Positions 28,815 to 40,800 of a stretch of 64,000 nucleotides of DNA are shown here, piece by piece (the first letter of the stretch is position 1; each line of letters begins with the position of its first letter). The DNA comes from Bugula neritina. Its lineage: Eukaryota; Animalia; Bryozoa. The position numbers and the translations under genes are program-made. The notes under the pieces are model-generated. The model was not told where the DNA came from. It did not search any database and saw nothing but the letters and a program-made list of their open reading frames with translations. The stretch is from contig OZ037766.1 of assembly GCA_964035545.1 (NCBI GenBank), positions 6,872,722 through 6,936,721 of the forward strand. Reading direction: 5' to 3'.

Positions 28815-31800
28815 TGTTGTGTTGTTTGACTCGCTATTATTCACCGCGAGACTCGTTGAGCTCGGGGATTTTCCTACTAGCTAGAATTGAAATAAATCAC
28901 GATAATTATCAGCTTAGACTCAATCCAACGTTGTTGTACTCTTACGCACCAATCACACATGGTGGCAGCAGTTAAAACTAATAATGGGCGATGAAGAAGT
29001 TCAGCAACAAATAATCGTGCATAGGAATGCACCCAGAATCGAACCACCAGGTGAGATCGTTTTGAATTGTGAGCGTGAGCAAAACTTCAGAAGATTTAAA
29101 AGCCGGTGGCAGTCGTTTTACATTCTGTCTAGACTTTCGGAGGAAAGTGATGAGTACCAGAGAGCATTGCTATTATATACAATTGGTGATGATGCATGCC
29201 GAGTGGTAGAGTCAAGTCACAAATATCAGAATGATAAGAGTCTAGCAGCGATAATAGACATTTTGGAGCAATACTGTGTAGGAGAACGAAATATAGTGCA
29301 CGAACGTTATAAATTTAATACAAGGTGTCAATTACAAGGAGAGAATTTTGATGCTTTTTACTCAGAATTACGTACGCTAGCAGATAAATGTGGATTTAAT
29401 TACCGACCTGCCACTGATGAGGCACCAGCACCATTTGATGAGATGCTGAGAGATCGAATTGTTCTAGGAATTAGAGATGACTCTCTTAGAAAGAAATTGA
29501 TTTCTCAAGGTAACACTTTAACACTAGACCAGGCAGTACGTATTTGTAGGAGCAGTGAAGTCACTTCAACTGTGATGCAAAGTGTAACAAAAGGAGCAAG
29601 CTCAGGGTCTGTAGATGCTATAAGTAAAGCACAAAGCAGCTACCCTAAATATAAGCAAAGCAAACCAAGTCATACACGCAAGCAGGGAGGTGCTGTCCAG
29701 CTGCCAGTTAACTCTCAGATGTACAAGCCTACAAACAGCCAGGATCATTGTAAAAGGTGCGGTAGGGAACCACATTCAAAAGCGGAATGCCCAGCTAAGG
29801 ATGCTCAATGCAGGAAGTGCAAGAAAGTGGGCCACTTCCAGCGGCAATGCAGAAGTACATCCATCCAGGAGGTGACCGAAGCAAGTAGTGACGATGGTAT
29901 AATGTTCACAGGAGAGTTCAAAATAGAAAACCTAACTGTGGATGCTTGGAAAGCCGAAGTAGCAGTAAATGGTAACTGTACTACTTTCAAGCTCGATACA
30001 GGTGCAGATGGTACAGTAGTCAGTGACAAGCTACCGTGGCTGTCTACTATTTCACTGCAAACTACAGGAGTCCGCTTATATGGACCTGGAGGAAAGCAAC
30101 TCCAAGTCTTAGGAACTTTTGAGGCAGATCTTCAATATAAAAGTCAAAAGTACAAGGAGACAGCCTACGTAATTCAAAATCAGTCAACCTCTCTACTCAG
30201 TAGAACTGCTTGTGAAAAGTTAGGACTGATAACATGCCAAGTAAAGCAGCAAGGGGAAATAACCAAAGACATCCACATAGGCTTCTCAAAGTTATTTAAA
30301 GGCCTTGGAGCACTCAAGGGATACTCATACAGAATATCACTAATTCCAGATTACCAGCCAACATGCATCTACACTCCAAGGAAAATTCCCATTCCATTAC
30401 GAGACAAAACTAAGAAAAAGCTAGATGAGATGGCGCAACAAGGAGTTATCTCTCCCGTAACAGAAGCTACAGAGTGGTGTAGTGGAATGGTCCCAGTCCT
30501 CAAACCATCAGGAGATGTACGCGTCTGTGTGGACCTGACTGGCCTGAATAAAGCAGTTAGAAGGGAAATCTATCCAATGCCAGCAGTCGATGAAAGTATT
30601 GGACTGTTGGGGGCAAGTAAAATCTTCTCAAAGCTGGATGCCAATAGTGGGTTCTGGCAAATACACTTGGACAAGGAGTCAAGAAAACTGACTACCTTCC
30701 TCACACCTTTTGGCCGGTTCTGTTTCAACAGACTTCCATTTGGCATATCTAGTGCACCGGAGATCTTTTCTCGAGCTATGTGCAGACTACTAGGCGGCAT
30801 AGAGAATGTCATCTGCCACATGGACGATATTCTAGTTCATGGTAAAGATGCAGAAAGCCACGATAAAACCTTAAAGCTGGTTTTAAGCAGACTGGAAGAA
30901 GCAGGACTCACATTGAATGAAGACAAGTGTGAGATTGGCCAAGCTCAAGTGAAGTTTTTAGGCCACATTATAGATGCTAAAGGAGTCAGCCCTGACCCGG
31001 ATAAAGTCGCATCAATACGTGACTTTCCAGCCCCTACCTGTAAGACAGAGTTGAGACGACTAAATGGTATGCTGAATCAGCTAGCTAAGTTTATCCCTCA
31101 CCTGTCTGAAATCACAGCTCCCATGAGAGAGTTACTGAAGGAAAGTAAGGCTTGGACATGGAATCAACCTCAAGAGGAAGCTTTCCAAAAGGTAAAGCAA
31201 ACACTGATGTCTGCTCAGGTCATAGCACACTATGATCCCAAGCTGAAAACAATTGTTGCCACTGATGCTAGCAACACTGGACTTGGAGCTGCTATGTTCC
31301 AAATACAAAAGGACGGGACAAGGAGGCCAGTATACTATGCATCAAGGTCTTTAACCTCAGTGGAACAAAATTACGCCGCAATAGAAAAGGAGGCATTGGC
31401 AATGGCTTGGGCATGCAACAAGCTTGATCAGTTTTTAAGAGGATTACCTTTCACTCTAGAGACGGATCACAAGCCTTTGGTTAGGCTTATGGGTGTAAAA
31501 GACTTAGACCAAGTGCCAGCCAGGATTCTCCGATTGAGACTGCGGCTCATGAGGTATGCTCCAAAAATAGAGTATATTCCAGGGTCTCGCAACCACATAG
31601 CAGATGCATTATCGCGAGCACCCTCTGGTATACCATCTCGCATAGATGTGATGCTAGTTGAAGAGCTAGAAGCTAGCACTTCCGTTATACCTTCGATAGA
31701 TCCGATGATCGAAGAAATCAAGGAGGCACAACTACTAGATGCCGTGTGCCAAGAGGTCCAGAATCTCATCATAAAAGGATGGCCTACATATAAAACAGAT

Positions 31801-33355
31801 GCCCACACAGCAGTACACCCTTACTGGGATGTCAAAGGACATTTGACACAATCTAAAGGCCTTCTCTTATATGATCAGCGGCTAGTCATCCCTAGCAACT
31901 TAAGACTAAAACTGCTTGACCGCATTCACCAGGCCCATCAAGGAATAGTAAAATGCCAGGCAAGAGCCAGAAGAGCTATCTGGTGGCCGGGAATGTCTAA
32001 ACAAATAAAAGAAATGGTACAGGGGTGTCGACAGTGCAGAATTAACTCACCGACCCCGGTGGAGCCTCTGCAGCCATCCACCTTGCCGTCTAAACCCTGG
32101 ATAAAGTTAGGTGCAGACCTGTTCGAGTTCCAGAAAAAGAACTATCTGTTAGTGGTCGATTACCATAGCAGATACATAGAAGTTAGGAGATTAGACTCAC
32201 TGTCTTCAGCATTCACTGTGGACAAAGTTAAATCCATCTTCTCAACTCATGGAATTCCCGAGGTAGTCATTTCTGACAATGGACCTCAGTTCAGCTCTAG
32301 GGAGTTCCAAGAATTTGCCAAGAGTTATGGTTTTCAACACGTGACCAGCTCTCCAAGATATCCAAAAGCCAATGGCGAAGCTGAGAGAGCGGTAGGAACA
32401 GTAAAGCGTCTGTGGAGCAAAACTACAGATCCATACCTAAGCCTACTAACCTATAGAGCTACTCCACTCGAAAACGGATTCACTCCTTCAGAACTTTTGA
32501 TGAACAGGCTACTTCGAACTACTCTACCCTCCATGCCTGAAACCCGAGTGGTTCACAAGCCACCAAACATTGCTGAGAAGGAACAACACATAAATCTAAG
32601 GACCATGAATAACTACAACCAACGGCACAAAGCCACTCTGTTGCCTGAACTTTCTCAAGGTTCACCCGTGTATGTCAGAGACACTAAGAAACAGGGCACA
32701 GTTCTGGCAAGTGTAGCTCCACACTCATACACGGTTAAAACTGAAACAGGAGTTATACGCCGAAACAGAAGTGCGTTGGTAGATCTTCGGGAAGAGGACC
32801 CCGTGGTGCTTGAACCAAATGCTCCTCCGCCGGTTCCTATGGGTGCAGAGGTGCTTGGTCCAAAAGCTAACAAAAAAGCCAATCCATCAGGAACGCAGGC
32901 ACCCGGAACATTGGTCGCAGAGGGCTCGGGTACGTCTTTAGCCCATACAGCCAGTCCAACGGTTCCGGGTAGGTTTTGTGCTCTATCCAGAGAGCGAAGA
33001 TTGCCCCGGAGATTTGATGACTATGTGATGAATTAACATCCAGACGATCTAACCACGGAGACACTCGTGCCTTCTATGGAACAATCATAAAAATACATAT
33101 TGTCATGTTTTTTCTCACTATTGTTAACCTTCACTTACTATTGTCAATCTTAATTAATAGCATACGTGATTACACATAAATGTTTTTTGTAACCCACTTA
33201 GAAAGGGGGATGTTGTGTTGTTTGACTCGCTATTATTCACCGCGAGACTCGTTGAGCTCGGGGATTTTCCTACTAGCTAGAATTGAAATAAATCACGATA
33301 ATTATCAGCTTAGACTCAATCCAACGTTGTTGTACTCTTACGCACCAATCACACA
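28815..33355 (+). mobile_element. Full-length intact Ty3/Gypsy (Mag-clade-like) LTR retrotransposon, 4541 bp
   Basis: Identical 145-bp LTRs at 28815-28959 and 33211-33355 (TG...CA). 5-bp TSD GTAAC (28810-28814, 33356-33360). PBS TGGTGGCAGCAGT at 28960 (tRNA-Leu-like). PPT AGAAAGGGGGA at 33200-33210. Single gag-pol ORF. Confidence 0.98.
28984..33036 (+). CDS. Gag-Pol polyprotein, 1350 aa (Gag with two CCHC knuckles, protease, RT, RNase H, integrase)
   Basis: Knuckles CKRCGREPHSKAEC and CRKCKKVGHFQRQC. Protease LDTGA. RT LPFG..CHMDD. RNase H TDAS..EKE..TDHKPL. Integrase HQAH..CRQC, ADLF..SDNGPQF..NGEAER. Domain order PR-RT-RH-IN. Confidence 0.97.
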   Translation: MGDEEVQQQIIVHRNAPRIEPPGEIVLNCEREQNFRRFKSRWQSFYILSRLSEESDEYQRALLLYTIGDDACRVVESSHKYQNDKSLAAIIDILEQYCVGERNIVHERYKFNTRCQLQGENFDAFYSELRTLADKCGFNYRPATDEAPAPFDEMLRDRIVLGIRDDSLRKKLISQGNTLTLDQAVRICRSSEVTSTVMQSVTKGASSGSVDAISKAQSSYPKYKQSKPSHTRKQGGAVQLPVNSQMYKPTNSQDHCKRCGREPHSKAECPAKDAQCRKCKKVGHFQRQCRSTSIQEVTEASSDDGIMFTGEFKIENLTVDAWKAEVAVNGNCTTFKLDTGADGTVVSDKLPWLSTISLQTTGVRLYGPGGKQLQVLGTFEADLQYKSQKYKETAYVIQNQSTSLLSRTACEKLGLITCQVKQQGEITKDIHIGFSKLFKGLGALKGYSYRISLIPDYQPTCIYTPRKIPIPLRDKTKKKLDEMAQQGVISPVTEATEWCSGMVPVLKPSGDVRVCVDLTGLNKAVRREIYPMPAVDESIGLLGASKIFSKLDANSGFWQIHLDKESRKLTTFLTPFGRFCFNRLPFGISSAPEIFSRAMCRLLGGIENVICHMDDILVHGKDAESHDKTLKLVLSRLEEAGLTLNEDKCEIGQAQVKFLGHIIDAKGVSPDPDKVASIRDFPAPTCKTELRRLNGMLNQLAKFIPHLSEITAPMRELLKESKAWTWNQPQEEAFQKVKQTLMSAQVIAHYDPKLKTIVATDASNTGLGAAMFQIQKDGTRRPVYYASRSLTSVEQNYAAIEKEALAMAWACNKLDQFLRGLPFTLETDHKPLVRLMGVKDLDQVPARILRLRLRLMRYAPKIEYIPGSRNHIADALSRAPSGIPSRIDVMLVEELEASTSVIPSIDPMIEEIKEAQLLDAVCQEVQNLIIKGWPTYKTDAHTAVHPYWDVKGHLTQSKGLLLYDQRLVIPSNLRLKLLDRIHQAHQGIVKCQARARRAIWWPGMSKQIKEMVQGCRQCRINSPTPVEPLQPSTLPSKPWIKLGADLFEFQKKNYLLVVDYHSRYIEVRRLDSLSSAFTVDKVKSIFSTHGIPEVVISDNGPQFSSREFQEFAKSYGFQHVTSSPRYPKANGEAERAVGTVKRLWSKTTDPYLSLLTYRATPLENGFTPSELLMNRLLRTTLPSMPETRVVHKPPNIAEKEQHINLRTMNNYNQRHKATLLPELSQGSPVYVRDTKKQGTVLASVAPHSYTVKTETGVIRRNRSALVDLREEDPVVLEPNAPPPVPMGAEVLGPKANKKANPSGTQAPGTLVAEGSGTSLAHTASPTVPGRFCALSRERRLPRRFDDYVMN

Positions 33356-33829
33356 GTAACTGTGAGTAAACTACAATTACAATGAGTGGAAGTTGTTGTA
33401 CTAATTGATATAGAGGATACTTATTTAATTTCAATGGTTATGCTAAGTCTAAAAGTAAGAGCAAATCATGGTTGTATTGCAAATTTGTGATAAAGTAGTT
33501 TAGCTGGGCTCGCGCAATGAACTGGTTATATTTTTAGTTGAATGGGCTCGTGTATCCAAACGAAACTGGTGGGCGCCCGTAAGTTATTTAGAATTTACTA
33601 TTTTACGACATCACGAATCGCTATATTTTATTGTTCACGTCGTCGCTCAATCTGGCGGTCCCACTCACTGAGCTGGAAAAGTTAATATTATTTAGTTCGT
33701 TGGTCCCACTTCCCAAGGCCAATAATTATGAATATATCTATATTTTTTGTTTTATTTAGCTTGTGAAGTGACACTGACATCTGTTACACTTATAAAATCA
33801 TTAAAATAGATCATTTGCTTTTAGTTCTA

Positions 33830-34490
33830 CTAACTAATACTATTTACTTTTAGTTTTAGCTACTAGACCTAGTACTTAGCTACTAGTACTAGGTCTAGTA
33901 CTACTACCACTAGTATAACTATAAGTATTAATATTACTGAGACCTATTAGTTAACATATTTTAGTTTTTACTTTTAGTTCTGCTGATGAGTGATGAGTCT
34001 GCTGACACTCACTCTCAGTGTCGCACCGGCACTGAGTGAGTGTGACAGTGACCCAGGTCGAGTCTGAAACCCACACTGACAGTCACACTCACAGTGAGTG
34101 TGACTATAACATTAACTATTACTATAACTATAAGAGTATAACTAAGTCTAATTTAAATTAAATTTATGTTATTAAATTTATGATTAAATAAAATAATCAA
34201 CATACTACATAGTCATATACATTAAGTACCGCACCGCGCGTGATTAACTTTAAGTATTGACTATTATAATCATCAGTATGATTATGAGTATAAGTATTAC
34301 TATAACTATTGCTATTACTATTAGTATAACTGTATAAGTATTATTATCAGTATCATTAGGGGTATCACTATGAGTATGACTATCACTATCGTCTATCAGT
34401 ATAACTATAATATTAAGTATATAATAATAATAATATAAATATATTAAGTTTAATTTACATTTACTTTTATTATTACTATTAGCATTATAA
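33830..34490. promoter_or_regulatory. 6-bp-periodic A(C/G)TA tract with palindromes upstream of the CCCH zinc-finger gene
   Basis: Same hexamer grammar. Inverted repeats at 33861-33900 and 34081-34105. Ends ~40 bp before a GTGAGT donor at 34533 (probable first non-coding exon). Confidence 0.45.
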
Positions 34491-34880
34491 ATACTTAACA
34501 GTTTTATGATGTGTGTGTTTTTTTATAAAATCGTGAGTTTTCATTGTTTTTGCTATTTTGTGAAGTTTTGTAAACAGTAAAGTAAACATAACCTATCAGT
34601 CAGTCATCATAACGATTTAAAGTGATGATTCTAATTTTTTCTAGCAGTGAACATGTTTGGCTAGTTTTATGGTTCACACTCTTCCAGTGTTGATGAATCT
34701 GAGCTTCTTGCATGTTGACAAATTTTGAGGTACTTGAACTCTTAACATTTAGCAATGCATCATGCTATTTTATTTTAGATACAGGAGCCTATTTCTTCTA
34801 TAGTCGTCAGTGACTGCCAAGAAAAAAGACCACTGGAAACACCTCATTACATTGTTGGTTGGTTAACTTTTAGGGTTGAA

Positions 34881-37800
34881 ATGGCCAATAAAGTTAATTG
34901 TCATTTTTACCGTAAGGGTAATTGTACAAAGGTGAGTTAGTGATGTCCTGGTAGGCGTCTGTGCCGAATTATTTCGCTGGTGTATGTTGTGGTACATTGC
35001 ATTACGTGTTGGCATCCTAGTGCAGCGCTGTGTTCATAGATTGGGCACTGTTGGCTATAAGCGCTGATTCTCTTATTCAGTTAATAAGACCACCAGTTCT
35101 TTAGGTTTGAGGCTTATAAAAAGATATGTAAGTAAAGGTTTCATATGTTTTCCTCTTGCTCAGAAATTCAGTAGTTTCCATCAAATGTTTTCAAATACAA
35201 TCTAGTAGCTTACTGCTTGAAATCATTTCCAAAAGGAAATGTTGAATTACCCAGCAACTTCGCAAAGTGAAAGCTTAACATGCCGAAGCAAGATACACTT
35301 CTTAAAAACATGTGTGCTTGCTTTAACTATATAATAAAATTCATGAAAAATTTTCAGTTTATTTTTTAATTTCAATGTTCAAGTCGTTAATATCTAATGT
35401 AACTTTTCTTTTTTAAAATATATGTAATTGGGCTTTTTCGGATTATTTAGTAGTATTTTAGCTTAACATAAGAATTCTGCTTTCCATGTTAAAACTGTTT
35501 TAAGTTGTTCACACCATTCAAGATGTTTTTTCGACTGACTTTAAGATCGTTTAACGCATAGTCTCGGCTCCTACGAGGAGTTGTATATGCAAATTTCCAA
35601 CTATATTTACAAATTGTTGCAAAACTCTTTGGCTGTAAAGGGTTGTGCATTGCTGCTGCTCGTACCATGGATAAGTTTCAATATGCTTACAATTTCATTT
35701 GACTAGGTCTTTTTGTTAGAAAATAATTTACCATTTTGCAGTTATTTCTGGAGTGTTCCTTCAACAAGTTGATTTTCAGAGTCCGTTCAATGTCAATTTT
35801 TTGGCTTGATTCACAGTGCTGCCTTTTACCACCTTTTTCTCACTTAACTTCAGTTTAATGCCGCACAAATGTTGTTGACTCTTGTTCGATTTGGTGAGGC
35901 TGGTGTTCAAATAGGTTTTTTTCTTGATTCAAATAGGTATGTATCAACACTTTTTGTGGAGTGAACTATTTAGGAGCACTTCATCCAGAATTTTTTAAAG
36001 CTGGTGGTCTACCATATATAAAAGATACCCTTAGTTGATAGGGTGATATTTTTAAGCCAGCATACACCACATTCATGCTGCTATTTTTGGTGCCTCTTTT
36101 GTTGAACACATGGCTCATTGAAGATAGCCTTGGGATTTTGCAGCGTGCAATTTGTTTCACTGAAAATAAATTAAAAATTTCTGGGCGGATTAAGTTAGCT
36201 AGTTATACATGGTGTGATTTTTCACTTCTACTTAATTCTCTTGAGCGTCATATAACCAAGTTATCTGTAAACAATGGTTGCAATTATTACATCTATCATG
36301 GGTGGTAGACTCAAGACCAATCCTTGACTTTTCTGCTTTGATGTCTAAAGCCTCTGTACTTTCCAAGCTTGTTCTGACTTTTGTGAAACAATTCCCATAC
36401 ATATTCTCAATCATCAAAATGTGGTTCCTCCTTTAATACAGTGTTGGGTCATCTGTCTGGGAATAGTGTCTTTGGTGCCATTTCCAGGGAAATGATAAAC
36501 ACTATGTACTCTCTGAACTTCTCTTGCAATATTCATTGGCCGATTGTCGGCTTGGTAGAACTGTATCAATAGATGCGGACCATTAGTCTTAGAAGAAGTT
36601 TGAGGCAGTGGCTTTGAAACAGTAGTTTTTGCCTTCTAGTTTATTTCTCTTCTGCGTAAGAATAGGTGTTATAATCTTCTTCCTCTACTTCTGAGACAGA
36701 CCATCCTCCATTATTCCTTTCAAAGATGAAATAATTTAGGTGATTTACCTCCCGAAGAAGTTTTATCATGACAATTCTTCTGAGTTGGCTCATGACTCTA
36801 ATGGTTTCAATTTTAAACTGCTAAACTGTTGTAGCATTATAATTAAAATATTAAAAACAATCACAAGAAAAGAGAAAAGTTACAATTTTAACATTCTACA
36901 GAACTCAGAATGTGAGGCATGAAAATTTGAAAATATTTGTCCTGTGGTTCATTTTATTATAGATCTCCTCTTTTTAACCCATCAATGCCCGTTTCCAAAA
37001 CAGTTGACCAACTGCACTTTTGCTGAAAAAAGTACAGAGTTTTAGTTATTTTCAACTAAGCACACTTTATAACTCAACTAAAAGCAACATATTAAGGTTT
37101 TCCAGTATATCCATGTTCCCTCTACAACTCCTTTTGCACCAGACAGCAGAGCACTGTTTTTATGTTTTTTTAGTTATTTCTTTGTAATTTTCTCTAGAAA
37201 ATTGTAATTTTCTACAAGATTTTGCCATGCCAAATATTTAATTGTGTATATACTGATGCAATACTAATTTATCCAGTAATATTCAGCCAACTCATATACT
37301 GCAAGGGTGGTGCCTTCCATATAAGGACTACTATCTATCCTTAACTGTTACCAACGGGTTATTACTTAATGATTTAAAATTGTTATTTAAGAACAATTAT
37401 TGAAAAGGTGTTGTCAACAATTCATCAGTTTCAAGAATATTATGGTACATATTTTAACAAAGTTTAAATATAGCTAAGATAGCTTACATCAACATTTGTT
37501 AACTAATTGTAAATAATAGATAGGGAAGGATTACTCACCAGAGACTTTGAAAACTTGCCACTTCAACTAAATATTTATGCTTTAGTTTATAAGAACATTT
37601 TGGCCTGTAATTCTAAATATTCGGCCTACTTTCTATATTGGCTATAACATTTACAATCTGATTTCCGTTTACTTTTGCTCTAGTCATAATGGTAATTTCA
37701 GATTGAGATCAATGATAGTAATTTCTTGCAGCTAGCAGATGTAGCTGGAGTTCATTTAAAAAGAGCATGGCTGTTACTAATGCAAACATTCCAGAAAAGG

Positions 37801-40800
37801 AAATATTTCGGAGTTGTGCACCAAACAACATCATTTCATAGTTTAATCAATCAAAAAACACAATTTTGACTAGTGGTTTACAATGCATCTTGGCCAACTT
37901 GAATTTCTGACTTCATTGTGAAGGTATCAACACACCTTTAAAGTTGGCGAACAAGGTAAATGATTTAAACATGCTAAGATTTTCACTAACTTCAAAACAT
38001 TAGTCTAAGTAGCTGCTATGAGTTCGAGAAAGAGTTATATACAGCTTCAGATTGTTTTAAGTCATTTTCTGTCGAAGCCTTTTTAAAAGTGAAAAACCTG
38101 CAATAACTGGTTATATTCGACATACTTTTCAATCTTCAAAATAACCAGGTTGTGTGAGCTATAGGAGCTATTAGGCTACCATGTCAATAGCAGTAGCATA
38201 TATTAGCTTTTGATAGCAATTTTCAGTATGTATTCTGCGATGACATGCTCTTGTGCAACTTTCAGGGCTTATACTTTTATAATGTAATAGATACTTCAAA
38301 GTGCCAGTCAGGATATAAAAGTAATTTAATTTTATTGAAAAATAATAATTAGCCAAAACACGAGTCTAATGATCAGTTACCCCCATGCTATAGCACTTGA
38401 ATATTGCTGGCATTGAAAGCCTACAATATTTTTGTATATGCCTTCAGTTGAAGCTTTCTCTGTCAATTCTCATGAAGTAAGTGTCGCTATAGACTTAATG
38501 CACTGTCTAACTGCTCCAATGCTACAAACTTCTGCCTTATCAGATTTTGTCCATTTTTCAATCCTATTGTCTGTGCTTCATTTTTTTCTTTTTGCGTTTA
38601 GAAATTTTTTCATTTATTCAGTTTGCCAGCATTTCCGTGTGCTCTACAGATATGTGTTTTGTGTAAGATTCTCAAGCTTTTATGTATTACAAACATTTTG
38701 TTATATTAGAATTGCAAGCCAACAGCTATCCTGGCAGCTGGGGCCTGCTCAGCTGTAAGAAAATATATTATTTTGGTGTCAAGTCAGATGAAACTGTTTT
38801 CTCGAACAATTCTTGAAAAAACCGGTCCGTATAACTGGTATGGCCACTAAGACCTCTGCATTTATCAGTTACAACTTTAAAAGCATTATAGTTAGTGTCC
38901 TGACCTCAACTACCTTATGTTGAATAGAAACTATTCATGACTATGCATGTTGTCACAATTTAAAACAATCGCAACAGAACTTTTTAAAATCCTACATTTA
39001 GAACTAATTGTTGTAACTAATGATGTGACTTTGTCTATCTTAGCGAAAATCACATTTATTGAGTAGTTTTTCCAAAATAGCATAAAGTGATTAACATTGC
39101 CTAATAACCTAGATAACTCCTTTAACTCATGAACAATAATCAAAAACCTCATCAATAGCTTCATGTTTGCGAAAAAAAATGTCTCCATTGAAAGGCCACT
39201 GACAATTTTGTGACCAGACTATGGTTTTGTGTTGATTTATATTATTAGCTATTATTAAACAGAGTGAACATGCTCAAGTTAGTTGATTAACGAAAGAGGC
39301 CGAAGCGGTGTTTTATTGCCACAATATATAATACAATATAATACTAAAATTATTACAAGATAAGTGAAACAATTAGTTATTGTGATTATGCATAAAAATA
39401 GTAAAATAATGAAATTACATTACAAATGTTTACATAAATACAGAACAAAGTCTATAGTCACCAATCTGATTAAATAAGTCTTTCAATTCAAGATGCGTAA
39501 CCTCTAGTTCATTGAACACTGTGTTGATTTGAAAGAAAATAGACTGATTAGTCCATAATACTTCACCTAATTGCAGTATTTATTTTGGATCATTCAAGGT
39601 CAGATGTTAGAGTTGGTGTATTGTGGGCCATTCTTTAATCCAAGTACAGATGGACGACCAAAATCAGCAATCTATTTTTTGAGTCAATTTACTAAAGCAC
39701 GATTAGACAATTCTGAAAGCTCAGTGACATTTACCCATTTGGAAAAATAATTCACTTGAAGAAATTACCACCTATGACCTGGGAAAATCAGGTACTTCAC
39801 ATGGAATTAAAGGATCGCCTATCTATGTCTTATCATGAGCTTTACAGATACTACAAGAACTAACCTTTTCAATACACTGATATGCCTGCCAAAAAACCGC
39901 AGTCTTGGCTCTTTGTTGGGTTTTCGTGATTCTCTGGTGGCTAGCATGTAACTGCTTTATGATACCCCATTGCTTTTCATGTTGAATTATAACACCGATT
40001 CTCATAAAATAATTTTCCATTGTATTCACTAATGTCATATTTTAAATGTCTAGTAAGGCTTGACAAAGCCTCTTTTGAATGGGCCATCCAGCCAACACAT
40101 CATCGTTGGACTATTTGTGGGAAGGTATCCATGCTAGAAGCCTTCTGATATTCATTAAATGAAGTATCATTCCTGACTCTAATTGCACAAATCTTTGGCA
40201 TGGGATCATCAGCACCTTGATTTGAGACTCTGTACTGTTTCATCCATTGTTTCAGACGTTTGTTGCTGTACTAGTGTTGGTGTAAACTAGATGGATATGG
40301 GTATCATTACGCATATTTTATAACAAGCACAAAAATCTGTAACAATACCCATGCTTGTCTAGTTTTTACAAATACTAGTACAGCTAATGCAGCCTGTATG
40401 CCCGAAATCGTTTAGCGTATTCAAGCTTACATTCAGGCAGTCGTGGTAGTCATGGAGTAGGTCCATCTCTCAGCCCTAACATTGGCCAATGCATCTTCCA
40501 ATTTAGCTTTCATTTGAGAATATTTCTTATATGTAAATTCAGATTATACTGAAAATAGATTTGTGCAGTCAGATAAAGCTAATAACTCTGCCTTGCTAGC
40601 TGCATGTGCATGTTTCCTGTTAGCCAGAGGGGAGCACAATTGTTGTGGTAAATGCGGCAGAGTTGAAGGTGGTGTGTTAGTTCTATTTTTCCTTGTATGC
40701 AACTCATTCCATTTGTGAATTGATAACAACGCAATTTAAACTGTGATGCAGGTTTTTCATATCCTTCCATTGTACAGAATGTTGGTAGTTCATTTTGTAT

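Noticed and set aside
30817-30828. RT motif HMDD read as an inactivating mutation
   Set aside because: Both catalytic aspartates are intact, and identical LTRs with an unbroken ORF indicate recent transposition.
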